Of a stretch of 64,000 nt of DNA, positions 35,870 through 45,780 are shown piece by piece; the first letter of the stretch is position 1, and every line of letters starts with the position of its first letter. The translations under genes were made by a program, and so were the position numbers. Where the stretch lies: contig CALAYL010000037.1 in the NCBI GenBank assembly GCA_937894725.1, forward strand, positions 11,079 to 75,078, read 5' to 3'. Source of the stretch: an uncultured Bacteroidota bacterium (lineage in GTDB: Bacteria; Bacteroidota; Bacteroidia; Chitinophagales; LD1). Under the pieces are notes generated by a model. That model did not search any database, had not been told where the DNA came from, and saw only the letters and a program-made list of their open reading frames with translations.

Positions 35870-36949
35870 TTGGCAGGAAATCAATTTGGAAAATTATTTA
35901 GTATCACCACTTTTGGCGAGTCGCATGGCGAGGGCATAGGTGTAGTGATAGATGGCTGTCCGGCAGGTTTAGTAATCACCGAGGAGCTTATTCAGACTGA
36001 TTTGGACATGCGCAAACCAGGACAGTCTGCATTGACTACGGCTCGCACAGAAGTCGATAAGGTGCAGATTTTGAGTGGTGTTTTTGAAGGTAAAACATTG
36101 GGCTCGCCTATTTGTCTTTTTATCAGAAACATAGACCATCGAAGCGAAGATTATGATATATTCAAAAATGTGTATCGTCCTTCACATGCTGATTTTACCT
36201 ACGATCAAAAATATGGCGCTCGAGACTATAGAGGCGGAGGTCGCTCATCTGCTCGAGAAACGGCCGCGCGCGTAGCCGCAGGAGCTGTAGCTAAGGCGCT
36301 GATTGGGTTTTATGGGATTGAGATTTTTGCGTATGTGTCGCAAGTGGGGGAAATAAAAATAGATAAGCATTACAGTGAATTGGATTTTGCTACAAGAGAA
36401 AATAATCTGGTGCGCTGCCCCGATGTTTATTGGGCTGCCAAAATGGAACAAGAAATCGCTACTGCAAAAACAGATTTAGACTCTGTAGGAGGGGTGATAA
36501 GTTGTGTTATCAAAAACTGTCCAGTGGGATTGGGTGAGCCAGTGTTTGATAAACTCCCAGCAGATTTAGGGAAGGCGATGCTGAGTATCAATGCTGTCAA
36601 GGGATTTGAGATAGGTGAGGGTTTTGTAGCAGCAGCTATGAGAGGCTCTACGCATAATGATTTTTTTGAAACAAAAGATCAACGAATTATAACGAAAACG
36701 AATCATTCTGGCGGGGTACAAGGAGGCATTTCGAACGGTATGGATATTTTCTTTCGTACAGCTTTTAAGCCAGTAGCGACTATCGGCAAGGCACAAGAAA
36801 CCATCAATGACCAAGGGGAATTTATTTCGCTCGAAGCCAAAGGTCGTCATGATCCTTGTGTAGTACCTAGAGCCGTGCCTATCGTAGAGGCTATGGCTGC
36901 ATTAGTATTAGCCGATCATTTACTTAGAAATAGAAGTGCCAAAGTGTAA
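35870..36949 (+). CDS. aroC: Chorismate synthase
   Basis: [20 protein letters not shown] matches the conserved AroC N-terminus. It also has [18 protein letters not shown]. The start is TTG, and the frame opens only 9 nt upstream. Confidence 0.9.
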   Translation: MAGNQFGKLFSITTFGESHGEGIGVVIDGCPAGLVITEELIQTDLDMRKPGQSALTTARTEVDKVQILSGVFEGKTLGSPICLFIRNIDHRSEDYDIFKNVYRPSHADFTYDQKYGARDYRGGGRSSARETAARVAAGAVAKALIGFYGIEIFAYVSQVGEIKIDKHYSELDFATRENNLVRCPDVYWAAKMEQEIATAKTDLDSVGGVISCVIKNCPVGLGEPVFDKLPADLGKAMLSINAVKGFEIGEGFVAAAMRGSTHNDFFETKDQRIITKTNHSGGVQGGISNGMDIFFRTAFKPVATIGKAQETINDQGEFISLEAKGRHDPCVVPRAVPIVEAMAALVLADHLLRNRSAKV

Positions 36950-36953
36950 GCAT

Positions 36954-39416
36954 CTAAACTGCGATTTCCTTTTTCATTCTGCGTTGCCACATGCTCATAA
37001 ATGAGCCTAAGAAAATCATAATTCCACCTAGCCATACAAGATTGATATATGGAAAAATAATCGCTTTCATTATCACAAAGTCACTCTTCAATTCTTTTTG
37101 GGTAATGGTAAAAGTAAATTTACGTGTATCGGGATTTATTTTTAGCACATTTATACTCAATCCTAATGCATCGTTGCTGTAAGGATGCGTAGTTATCTCA
37201 TTATTATTTTGCTGATCTATAAAAAATAGCGGGTTTGCTTTTTCGTCCATACCATACAAATCACTTATTTTGAGATTAGCCGCTACGGCTAGTTTGCCTT
37301 CGTCTGCTATATCTACTTTTGGTTTTGGATCTACAGATTCAAATACCACATAGTTTGATTTTAAATAGAACGTATCCCCCACGGCTGCATCTACCTGAGT
37401 GGTAGTATCTTTGGCGTTTTCATAGTCTGCGGCTGCTACTATATGCGTGAAAATATCTTTGGTTAAATAATGCTTAGTACTTGGATTCGATGAGTTTCCC
37501 ATCTTTTTGTTGGTGACTACATAAGGTGTGAGCGTAAATTTTTCGGTAATTTTATCACCCGTTTTACGTACATAATCCACAGAATAAATTTGATCATTTT
37601 TTTCTGCTCTACGACCAGTATATGTAATTTCATAGCCAGCCATATTATAAGTAGAGTCTTTGACTAGTAGTATATTTTCGAGCTGCTCTTTGCCATCAAA
37701 TCCTTTTCCAAAATTAATTCCAGCCTCATTTAGCGACACCACTTGCATCTTGTATTGTGAGAGCAAAACACCTATCAGAAATATACCAAAACCAAGGTGT
37801 GCCACCGATCCGCCACTAGCGCTCCATCTCCCTTTGAGCACGATAAGCATATAACTCAAACTAGAAAATACAGTAAACAAAGACACCACTAATAACAAAA
37901 AGAAAGGCGAGATAAATGGAATTTTGGCCTCTGCTCCGAAAACTCCTGTAGTGTGAATATCCATTCCATGCGCTATAGCAAAGGCTAATGCGACAGACAC
38001 GACTGCGCTACCGATACTCCATTTTATAAAAGAGGATATGCGGTTGGTTTTATAGGAGAAAAATAAGACTAGTCCTGCTCCAGTAACTGCCAAAAGCGCA
38101 ATCCACACCTGTATGTTATTGAAGTGAGCTATCACATCGGCTGGAGGTGCCAGGTTGAGTTTAAATATTTTGTTCCAAACAGGTATCGATGTAGTAAACG
38201 TCATCTGCACTGCAGAGAGTAGCATGATTAATGCTCCGATAAACATCCAAAATTCGCGCGATAAAAACTCTTCTTCTTTCTCGATTTTAGGCATCGTTCT
38301 ATAGGATAGAGCTAAAAGGATAATAGACGGAATTAGATATGCCACACCATACACTATCAACTGACCTGTCATACCTAAGTCAGTAAAGGAATGTACAGAA
38401 GTATCGCCCAAAATTCCAGAGCGAGTCAAAAAGGTGGAGTACAATACCATCAACCATCCAAAAATGTAAAATAGATAGGTGCTGAAAAGGCTATGCCCAG
38501 TTTGTTTGTAAACTAGATGCAAGTGAACGCCTGCCAAAATCAACAACCATGGTACGAAAGACATGTTTTCTACTGGATCCCAAGCCCAAAAACCTCCAAA
38601 ACTCAGTGATTCGTATGCCCATGCACCACCCATCAGAATACCTGTGCCAAAAATGCCTATAGAAAAAAGCGCCCAAGGCAATGCTGGCGCTACCCATCCT
38701 TTAAAGTCTCTACGCCATAAACTGGCCATCACAAATGCAAAAGGAATGAGGGAAGAAGCAAAACCCAGGAAAAGTACTGGAGGATGTATAGTCATCCAAT
38801 AGTTTTGAAGTAATGGATTTAGCCCATTGCCATCCGCTATCATAGAGAGATATTCAGGTCGTTGAAATACAGGTGCATCCGCCATTTCTTGACGTAAAAG
38901 AATAAATGGATTGCTACCTACTTTATAACCAAAAACATAGACACCGAGTACCATAGTGCCTAAAAATACTTGTGTTATAGACACTACAAACATAGTAGGG
39001 CTTTCCCAATCTTTAGAGGTAAACATGAGTATCCAGCCTAAAATCACTATCCAAAATTCCCATAAAAGAAAACTCCCCTCTTGTCCTTCCCAGAAACTAG
39101 CAATGATGTATTTGAGTGGCATCTCCATAGAGCTATGTCGCCATGCGTAATGATACTCAAACCAATGGTTTAATATCATGATAAACAATAAAACAAAAAC
39201 GCCAATAACCATCACCCCATGTAGGCTGAAACTGATGCGCGCTACACGTTTCCATGATGATTTAGCTGTCGTATGGTTTTCAGAAATAAAATAGGATATA
39301 GCAGACAATAAGGCCGCAAAAAAACTAAATACTAAAAAGAAGTGGCCTAAATGCCCAAGCCAAAGATGCTCATTCAAAAAGCCATGTGATCCAAATCGTT
39401 CAGCAAAAAAATTCAT
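36954..39416 (-). CDS. ccmF: Cytochrome c-type biogenesis heme lyase CcmF (long form)
   Basis: 820 aa and polytopic. It has the WWD motif GGAWAYESLSFGGFWAWDPVENMSFVPWL and the TIHPPVLFLG histidine motif. There is an extra ~200-aa periplasmic region before the last TM segment. Confidence 0.8.
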   Translation of the reverse strand: MNFFAERFGSHGFLNEHLWLGHLGHFFLVFSFFAALLSAISYFISENHTTAKSSWKRVARISFSLHGVMVIGVFVLLFIMILNHWFEYHYAWRHSSMEMPLKYIIASFWEGQEGSFLLWEFWIVILGWILMFTSKDWESPTMFVVSITQVFLGTMVLGVYVFGYKVGSNPFILLRQEMADAPVFQRPEYLSMIADGNGLNPLLQNYWMTIHPPVLFLGFASSLIPFAFVMASLWRRDFKGWVAPALPWALFSIGIFGTGILMGGAWAYESLSFGGFWAWDPVENMSFVPWLLILAGVHLHLVYKQTGHSLFSTYLFYIFGWLMVLYSTFLTRSGILGDTSVHSFTDLGMTGQLIVYGVAYLIPSIILLALSYRTMPKIEKEEEFLSREFWMFIGALIMLLSAVQMTFTTSIPVWNKIFKLNLAPPADVIAHFNNIQVWIALLAVTGAGLVLFFSYKTNRISSFIKWSIGSAVVSVALAFAIAHGMDIHTTGVFGAEAKIPFISPFFLLLVVSLFTVFSSLSYMLIVLKGRWSASGGSVAHLGFGIFLIGVLLSQYKMQVVSLNEAGINFGKGFDGKEQLENILLVKDSTYNMAGYEITYTGRRAEKNDQIYSVDYVRKTGDKITEKFTLTPYVVTNKKMGNSSNPSTKHYLTKDIFTHIVAAADYENAKDTTTQVDAAVGDTFYLKSNYVVFESVDPKPKVDIADEGKLAVAANLKISDLYGMDEKANPLFFIDQQNNNEITTHPYSNDALGLSINVLKINPDTRKFTFTITQKELKSDFVIMKAIIFPYINLVWLGGIMIFLGSFMSMWQRRMKKEIAV

Positions 39417-39497
39417 ACGCTTAATTATTGGGTACGAATGTAGCAGAGATTATATAAAGAACTGACGCAAAATTGAGAAAAATAGATAAAAAGTAGC

Positions 39498-39893
39498 TTA
39501 AGCAGCTTCTTTTAGTCGAATTTGATCATCGTTATATTTAGAAGGGCATTTCATTAATATTTCAGCAGCGTGAAATTTATCACCTTCCATTTGCCCCTTT
39601 ACCACGATTTGCTCCGAGCGTTCAAAATCTTGTGGTTTTGCCCCTTTATAATAGACTAATTGGTTATTGCCATCTTTATCATTCATCGTAAATTCAAAGT
39701 AGTTGGCATTTTTTTCTGGATCATAAACAATAGCCTTGTCTTTATCAAGATAACCTACAATGTTGAGCGTAGTATTTGGACTCGACTTAGATAAGGCAAA
39801 ACTACCATAGGTAGTGTAATCGCCCGTCATGGCTACTATGCCACCTATGCTCACAGCGAGCAATACAAGCAAAAGGATGTGCATTTTTTTCAT
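39498..39893 (-). CDS. ccmE: Heme chaperone CcmE, Cys variant (CxxxY)
   Basis: 131 aa with an N-terminal TM anchor and an OB-fold. The C-terminal AEILMKCPSKYNDD aligns with E. coli KEVLAKHDENYTPP, so Cys occupies the position of heme-binding His130. Confidence 0.7.
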   Translation of the reverse strand: MKKMHILLLVLLAVSIGGIVAMTGDYTTYGSFALSKSSPNTTLNIVGYLDKDKAIVYDPEKNANYFEFTMNDKDGNNQLVYYKGAKPQDFERSEQIVVKGQMEGDKFHAAEILMKCPSKYNDDQIRLKEAA

Positions 39894-39897
39894 AGTT

Positions 39898-39905
39898 CAA
39901 AAATA
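39898..39905 (-). promoter_or_regulatory. -7 box (TAnnTTTG) candidate for ccmE
   Basis: The reverse strand reads TATTTTTG, 4 nt upstream of the ATG (39891-39893). Confidence 0.35.
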
Positions 39906-39950
39906 ATACGCTTTTCTACAAAATACAAGTGAATAATCGCAAACTTATCA

Positions 39951-39958
39951 TAATTTTG
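39951..39958 (+). promoter_or_regulatory. -7 box (TAnnTTTG) candidate for purB
   Basis: TAATTTTG lies 17 nt upstream of the ATG at 39976. Confidence 0.4.
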
Positions 39959-39975
39959 GGCAAACGACTCAATTC

Positions 39976-41322
39976 ATGATTTTATCCGAACTCACTGCTA
40001 TTTCACCTGTCGATGGCCGCTATCGTGCCAAAACAAGCTCTTTGGACGCCTATTTTTCAGAATTTGCACTTATTCGCTACCGTGTTTGGGTAGAAATTGA
40101 GTACCTAATCGCCTTATCAACCTTCAATTTGCTTGCCCCTTTTTCAGTAAACGATGTAGCTAAACTGAAAGCTATACATACTGATTTTTCGATCACTGAT
40201 GCCGAGCGGATCAAAACACTAGAGCAGACCACTAACCACGATGTGAAAGCAGTGGAGTATTTTTTGAAAGAAAAAACCGAGCAACTTGGCTTGGTGTTTA
40301 ACAAAGAATTTATCCATTTTGGGCTTACCTCTCAAGACATCAACAACACTGCCATACCGCTTTCTATCAAAAATGCAGACAATGAGGTGATGCTACCCGA
40401 GCTACAAAAAATTGTTAGCCTACTCAAATCCTTTGCTATAGAATGGATGCAAGTGCCAATGCTCGCGCGTACCCACGGTCAGCCCGCCTCACCTACCAGT
40501 CTTGGCAAAGAGATAGCCGTATTTGTAGCTCGACTCGAAGGGCAGATGATGCCGCTCACTACCATTCCCTACAGTGCAAAATTTGGGGGCGCTACGGGCA
40601 ACTTCAATGCTCACCACGTAGCCTACCCGCACAAAGATTGGATAACATTTGCGAATACCTTTGTAAATGAGCAACTCGGGCTAAAACGTATGCAATGGAC
40701 TACCCAAATCGAGGCCTACGACTCACTTGCAGCTCGATTCGATGCCTACAAGCGCATCAATACCATTTTAACCGATTTGTGTAGAGATATTTGGACGTAT
40801 ATCGCTATGGATTATTTCAAACAAAAAACCAAAGCAGGCGAAATCGGTTCATCGGCTATGCCGCACAAGGTAAACCCGATAGACTTCGAAAATGCGGAAG
40901 GAAATCTCGGATTAGCCAATGCACTTTTTGAGCATTTATCCGCAAAATTACCCATCTCTCGTTTGCAACGTGATCTTACAGACTCCACGGTGCTGCGCAA
41001 TGTGGGGGTACCCTATGCACATACGTTGATAGCCTTACAGTCTATCGAAAAAGGCTTGGGTAAGTTGATTTTGAATCAAGGAAAAATAACACAAGACCTC
41101 GATAACAATTGGGCAGTGGTGGCAGAAGCTATACAAACCATACTGCGTGCCGAAGGCTACCCGCAGCCGTATGAGGCACTCAAAGAACTCACGAGAGGAA
41201 CAACCGTAAATCAAGAAAAAATAAAGGTATTTATTGATTCACTAGATGTGAAAAGTGACGTGAAAGAGCGGCTTTACAACATCACCCCTGCAAATTATAT
41301 TGGGGTTTTTCCTACGCTTTAG
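39976..41322 (+). CDS. purB: Adenylosuccinate lyase
   Basis: 448 aa with the fumarate-lyase signature GSSAMPHKVNP and an N-terminal SPVDGRY. Confidence 0.9.
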   Translation: MILSELTAISPVDGRYRAKTSSLDAYFSEFALIRYRVWVEIEYLIALSTFNLLAPFSVNDVAKLKAIHTDFSITDAERIKTLEQTTNHDVKAVEYFLKEKTEQLGLVFNKEFIHFGLTSQDINNTAIPLSIKNADNEVMLPELQKIVSLLKSFAIEWMQVPMLARTHGQPASPTSLGKEIAVFVARLEGQMMPLTTIPYSAKFGGATGNFNAHHVAYPHKDWITFANTFVNEQLGLKRMQWTTQIEAYDSLAARFDAYKRINTILTDLCRDIWTYIAMDYFKQKTKAGEIGSSAMPHKVNPIDFENAEGNLGLANALFEHLSAKLPISRLQRDLTDSTVLRNVGVPYAHTLIALQSIEKGLGKLILNQGKITQDLDNNWAVVAEAIQTILRAEGYPQPYEALKELTRGTTVNQEKIKVFIDSLDVKSDVKERLYNITPANYIGVFPTL

Positions 41323-41324
41323 CA

Positions 41325-42083
41325 TTACCGCTCTGGTTTCAAAAAAACTTTAGAGCCTGCGCTATTTAGATAATATTTACCACCCTTTGGAGAGGTAAAA
41401 ACCACTTGCCCACTCGGCCCTTTAAAAGCACGGTCTATTGGGTCTTGTTTCGATCCTTTTTCTTTTGGAGCTGATTCGTACAAAGGCTTACGGGCTTCGC
41501 CCATACTGTTTACGTCTTCATCTTCTCCTTTCTTTTTCTTTGATCCTTTTTTATCAGTAGATTCTTCTTCATCAAGCTTGGCCTCTTTCGACTTTTTGTT
41601 GTCACTGCTGAGTTCTTCATCGGCCTTATTTTTCTTCCCTTTTTTAGGTTTCTCTTCAGCTACTTCCTCCTGGGTTTCTGACCCTTTTTTAGGTTCCTTT
41701 GTGTCGCTCACCACCTCTACTTCCTCCCCCTTATCTTTGCCTTTATCTCGCTTAGGCTTCTCCGCTTTTGGGGCTTTTTCTGCCTTTTCTTCTTTATCTA
41801 CCGTTGGCTTTTCAGCCTTAGTCGCTTTTTCATTTTTCTCCTCCTCATCCTTCTTTGGTTTCTCCGTTTTGGGGGCTTTCGCTGGCTTGGCCTCTTCCTC
41901 TTTCTTAGGCTTCTCCGCTTTGGGAACTTTATCTTCTTTAACTTCCTTTTCCTCCTTAGGTGGCTTCTCCTTTGGCACTTTCACTGTCTTTTCTTTCTTA
42001 GGCTTTTCCGCTACTTCTTGGGCATTGGCTGTAAAAGCAAATAATCCAAAAACAATCAAAAAACTATATTTTATCCATACCAT
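41325..42083 (-). CDS. Secreted Lys/Glu/Pro-rich low-complexity protein with a small conserved C-terminal module
   Basis: Start set at MVWIKYSFLIVFGLFAFTANAQ (signal peptide). About 190 aa of (E/K)KPKK/PKAEKP-type repeats follow. The C-terminus is GPSGQVVFTSPKGGKYYLNSAGSKVFL. Confidence 0.55.
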   Translation of the reverse strand: MVWIKYSFLIVFGLFAFTANAQEVAEKPKKEKTVKVPKEKPPKEEKEVKEDKVPKAEKPKKEEEAKPAKAPKTEKPKKDEEEKNEKATKAEKPTVDKEEKAEKAPKAEKPKRDKGKDKGEEVEVVSDTKEPKKGSETQEEVAEEKPKKGKKNKADEELSSDNKKSKEAKLDEEESTDKKGSKKKKGEDEDVNSMGEARKPLYESAPKEKGSKQDPIDRAFKGPSGQVVFTSPKGGKYYLNSAGSKVFLKPER

Positions 42084-42220
42084 AAAGCACGCTATTTTGA
42101 CAACTAATTTATAAAAATTAAAACTATTGAATTTAACAATCACGCTAAAAAGGCAACTTTATCATGTTTTGGTATAAAGTTTTAGCTAAAAGATTTAATT
42201 TGCAAACACAATCAAATACT

Positions 42221-42964
42221 ATGATGCTAAAAGGAAAGGTAGCCCTAGTGACAGGTGGCACAAGGGGTATAGGGCTGGCGATAGTGCAAAAACTCGTAGC
42301 CGAAGGAGCCGATGTGGCGTTTACCTATATGAGTAGCGCAATCAAGGCGCAAGAATTAGTAGCCTCGCTTAAAATAGATGGACAGCGCATCGTGGGCTAT
42401 CAGTCGAATGCGGGCTCTTATAGCGATGCCGAGAAACTCGTGGATGAAGTGATTGAGCATTTCGGCAGAGTAGATATTTTAGTAAATAATGCTGGTATCA
42501 CGCACGACAATTTACTTTTGAGAATGAGCGAAGAGCAGTTTGATGAAGTGATAAATGCTAACCTAAAATCCGTTTTTAACCTGACAAAGCATATTGCTAA
42601 ATCAATGCTTCGTCAAAAAAGTGGTAGCATCATCAACATGAGCTCTGTCATTGGTATTCAAGGGCAAGGTGGACAAGCGAATTATGCAGCTTCAAAGGCA
42701 GGTATTATTGGATTTACGAAGTCGATAGCAGATGAGTTTGGCTCACGATCTATTCGTTGCAACGCCATTGCGCCCGGCTTTATAGCTACGGATATGACAG
42801 ATGTTTTGACTGATGAAGTAAAGACGGCTATTCTCCAAAAAACACCAATGAAACGAATGGGCACAGCCGAAGAGGTTGCTAATGCTGTACTATTTTTAGC
42901 AAGCGACCTATCGACCTATGTCAATGGTCAAGTGCTCAACGTATGTGGCGGTATGACACGATAA
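42221..42964 (+). CDS. fabG: 3-oxoacyl-ACP reductase
   Basis: Start at MMLKGKVALVTGGTRGIG. SDR motifs NNAG and YAASKAG. Confidence 0.85.
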   Translation: MMLKGKVALVTGGTRGIGLAIVQKLVAEGADVAFTYMSSAIKAQELVASLKIDGQRIVGYQSNAGSYSDAEKLVDEVIEHFGRVDILVNNAGITHDNLLLRMSEEQFDEVINANLKSVFNLTKHIAKSMLRQKSGSIINMSSVIGIQGQGGQANYAASKAGIIGFTKSIADEFGSRSIRCNAIAPGFIATDMTDVLTDEVKTAILQKTPMKRMGTAEEVANAVLFLASDLSTYVNGQVLNVCGGMTR

Positions 42965-42977
42965 ACAAGAAAAAAAA

Positions 42978-45092
42978 TTGACCTTGAACACTTCTATTTC
43001 ATTTGAACATTCTTTGCTTTGGCTTATTCCCTTTGTACTGATAGCGTGTGGTTTCGCATGGCTACTCTATTATCGTGATATCAAAAGCACCGAATCCCCT
43101 TTTCGTAAATATCTCAAGCCATTGACTGCACTACGTTTCTTAGTGGTGTTAAGCATTTTGATATTATTGCTAAATCCGTTTATTCGACATAGTAAAACAG
43201 AGCAACAGAAGCCCATAGTCGCTATATTGGCAGACAATAGTGAATCTATCCGCAATGGATTTAAACAGAAAGACGATTCAGTCAGTTATTTTAAAACATT
43301 AGAAAATCTGCAATCAAAACTAGCTGAGAAATATGAAGTGGTCATGTACACCATAGGGGACCAACTAGCAAAAAGTAGCCCCACTTCGCTCACTGCTAAA
43401 ACATCAAATCTATCAGGTGGCATCACTGATATAAACGACCTTTATTATAACCAAAATTTGGGAGCTTTGATTTTAGCTTCGGATGGTATTTACAACCAAG
43501 GAATCAACCCCATCTACGCTGTCGAAAATGTAGGTTATAAGATGTACACTATCGTTATGGGTGATACTACTATTCCTCGCGATGCAAAAATTGACCAAGT
43601 CTATGCTAACAAAATAGCCTATCTCAATGACCAATTTGGGATAAAGGTGGATGTAGCTGCTACTAATTGTAGTGGCAGCAATCTCACAACGAGCTTGTTT
43701 GAAATCGTTAATGGCAATCGCAAGCTCATTGCATCCAAATCAGCTTTTGCAAATTCGGATAAGTTCAATCAATCTATCGACTTTGTGACTACAGCCGAAA
43801 AGCCAGGTGTGGTGCACTATGTGGTATCTGTAAGTTCGCTCACAGGCGAAGTGTCATATACCAATAATACTCGCGACATTTATGTGGAAATACTCGATGG
43901 TCGCCAAAAAATATTGCTCATCGCAGCATCGCCTCATCCAGATATAGCTGCACTCAAAGCGGCTATCGAAAGCAATAAAAATTATCAACTAGATGTGCAA
44001 TATGCCGATGATTTTTCGGCAAAAATAGCGGATTATAGCTTGGTTATTTTTCATCAGTTACCATCTAACAATGGTAATATAGATGCTATTTTAACACAAG
44101 TAAATGCAGCAAAAAAATCGACTTGGTGGATTACCGGTTCTACAACGCAACTCAATAATTTTAACAAAGTACAACCAGCAGTTACTATTTTGGGTAATGT
44201 AAATAAATACAATGATGTATCAGCTGCTATTCAAAAGGAATTCAATTTGTTTTTGTTGAATGAAGCTACGATATCGGCTATCGCTAAGTTTCCGCCACTC
44301 GATTGTTTTTTTGGAGAGTATAAATCGAACCCCGCACTCAAGTCGCTTTTCACACAAAAGATAAACAACATCGTTACTGATTATCCACTTTTTGGATTTG
44401 TAGAAGTAGGTGATTTTAAAACGGCAGTGTTATGTGGTGAAGGACTTTGGCGATGGAAGTTGTATGATTTTATGCAAAATAAAAACAACGATGCCTTTTT
44501 TGAAATAGTAAATAAAACGATTCAATACCTTTCAGTAGTGAATGACAAACGGCCATTCAAAGTAAATGTAGCGAAAACCATTTTTGCTGAAAATGAGCCT
44601 ATTCTTTTTGATGCACAGCTTTATAATGCAAGTTTTGAAATGCTCAACACGCCTGATGTAGCACTTTCGATACAAAATGAGCAAGGCAAAAAGTTTGATT
44701 TTGAGTTTACTAAAACAGAGCAATATTACACGCTCAATGCAGGCTTTTTGCCAAGTGGAAATTATCAATTTAATGCCAAAACAAAATTGGACAATTCCCC
44801 TTTTTCGCTAGGAGGAAAATTTAGTGTGGCAGCACTTCAGCTCGAAGATGCAAATACCGTAGCAGATATAGCTTTGATGCGCCAATTAGCTATCTCACAC
44901 CAAGGGCAATGCGTATCGCTGCAAAATACTGAAAGCATCATCAACGATTTGTTGTCAAACAATTCGTTAAAGCCTATTTTATATGACCAAATCACAACAG
45001 ATAGTAGCATCAACCTATGGTGGATATTGGGATTGGTAGCTCTTTGGCTTACAGCTGAATGGTTTATCCGAAAATGGAGTGGTGGGTACTAA
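42978..45092 (+). CDS. Membrane protein with a BatA-like N-terminal double-TM segment and a vWA-like (DxSxS) region
   Basis: 704 aa with a TTG start. N-terminal SFEHSLLWLIPFVLIA plus a second TM, a MIDAS-like LADNSES, and a C-terminal TM (WWILGLVALWLTAEWFIRKW). Confidence 0.4.
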   Translation: MTLNTSISFEHSLLWLIPFVLIACGFAWLLYYRDIKSTESPFRKYLKPLTALRFLVVLSILILLLNPFIRHSKTEQQKPIVAILADNSESIRNGFKQKDDSVSYFKTLENLQSKLAEKYEVVMYTIGDQLAKSSPTSLTAKTSNLSGGITDINDLYYNQNLGALILASDGIYNQGINPIYAVENVGYKMYTIVMGDTTIPRDAKIDQVYANKIAYLNDQFGIKVDVAATNCSGSNLTTSLFEIVNGNRKLIASKSAFANSDKFNQSIDFVTTAEKPGVVHYVVSVSSLTGEVSYTNNTRDIYVEILDGRQKILLIAASPHPDIAALKAAIESNKNYQLDVQYADDFSAKIADYSLVIFHQLPSNNGNIDAILTQVNAAKKSTWWITGSTTQLNNFNKVQPAVTILGNVNKYNDVSAAIQKEFNLFLLNEATISAIAKFPPLDCFFGEYKSNPALKSLFTQKINNIVTDYPLFGFVEVGDFKTAVLCGEGLWRWKLYDFMQNKNNDAFFEIVNKTIQYLSVVNDKRPFKVNVAKTIFAENEPILFDAQLYNASFEMLNTPDVALSIQNEQGKKFDFEFTKTEQYYTLNAGFLPSGNYQFNAKTKLDNSPFSLGGKFSVAALQLEDANTVADIALMRQLAISHQGQCVSLQNTESIINDLLSNNSLKPILYDQITTDSSINLWWILGLVALWLTAEWFIRKWSGGY

Positions 45093-45131
45093 TTTGTATC
45101 TGTTTCTAGTACACTTTGATGCTTTTTACGT

Positions 45132-45698
45132 TTATTTTTTATTCAAAAAATCTGCTATAACTTGTGCGAAATTTGCTTTCTCCAACGTAGCTATTTTTTG
45201 TTGTACTGTATCGAGTGTATCATCTTTAGTTAGCGATACACGGTATTGTGCCAAAATCTCACCTTTATCAAATTCTTCATTGACAAGATGTATGGTAATG
45301 CCCGTCTCTGTTTCCTTATTTGCTAAAACAGCATTATGAACATGTACACCATACATTCCTTTGCCACCATATTTTGGCAATAGGGAAGGGTGAATATTGA
45401 TAATTCTATTTTCGAACTGATATATCAAAAATGGGGGTATCAGCCATAAGAAACCAGCTAAAACAATAAGGTCTATTTTATTTAATATTGTTTGCATATA
45501 AGTCTCGTCTGCAAATTGTGCTTTGTTGATGATGTCGCAATTCACTCCATGTTTTTGAGCTATATCGACCACTCCAGCAGCCGCATTGTTGCACACTATC
45601 TTTTGCACCATTATGCTTTCGTGATGTTCAAAATACCTCATCAGTGTATCAGCATTGCTTCCTCTGCCCGAGGCGAAAATGGCGATCTGCTTTTTCAT
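45132..45698 (-). CDS. purN: Phosphoribosylglycinamide formyltransferase
   Basis: 188 aa: IAIFASGRGSN, LAGFLWLIP, NIHPSLLPKYGG, HLVNEEFDKGEIL. Confidence 0.9.
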   Translation of the reverse strand: MKKQIAIFASGRGSNADTLMRYFEHHESIMVQKIVCNNAAAGVVDIAQKHGVNCDIINKAQFADETYMQTILNKIDLIVLAGFLWLIPPFLIYQFENRIINIHPSLLPKYGGKGMYGVHVHNAVLANKETETGITIHLVNEEFDKGEILAQYRVSLTKDDTLDTVQQKIATLEKANFAQVIADFLNKK

Positions 45699-45705
45699 TC
45701 AATGC

Positions 45706-45713
45706 CAAAAATA
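45706..45713 (-). promoter_or_regulatory. -7 box (TAnnTTTG) candidate for purN
   Basis: The reverse strand reads TATTTTTG, 7 nt upstream of the ATG (45696-45698). Confidence 0.35.
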
Positions 45714-45780
45714 TCTTTTATCCATTCTAAATAAAGTGAAATGCAAATAATATCTCATTTTAAATCACTAACTTTAGTTT

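Noticed and set aside
41578-42114. 178-aa plus-strand ORF (Ser/Phe/Leu-rich) as a candidate gene
   Set aside because: It is the antisense mirror of the AAG/GAA-rich Lys/Glu repeat gene. The minus-strand product has a proper signal peptide and a structured C-terminus. The plus-strand ORF has neither.
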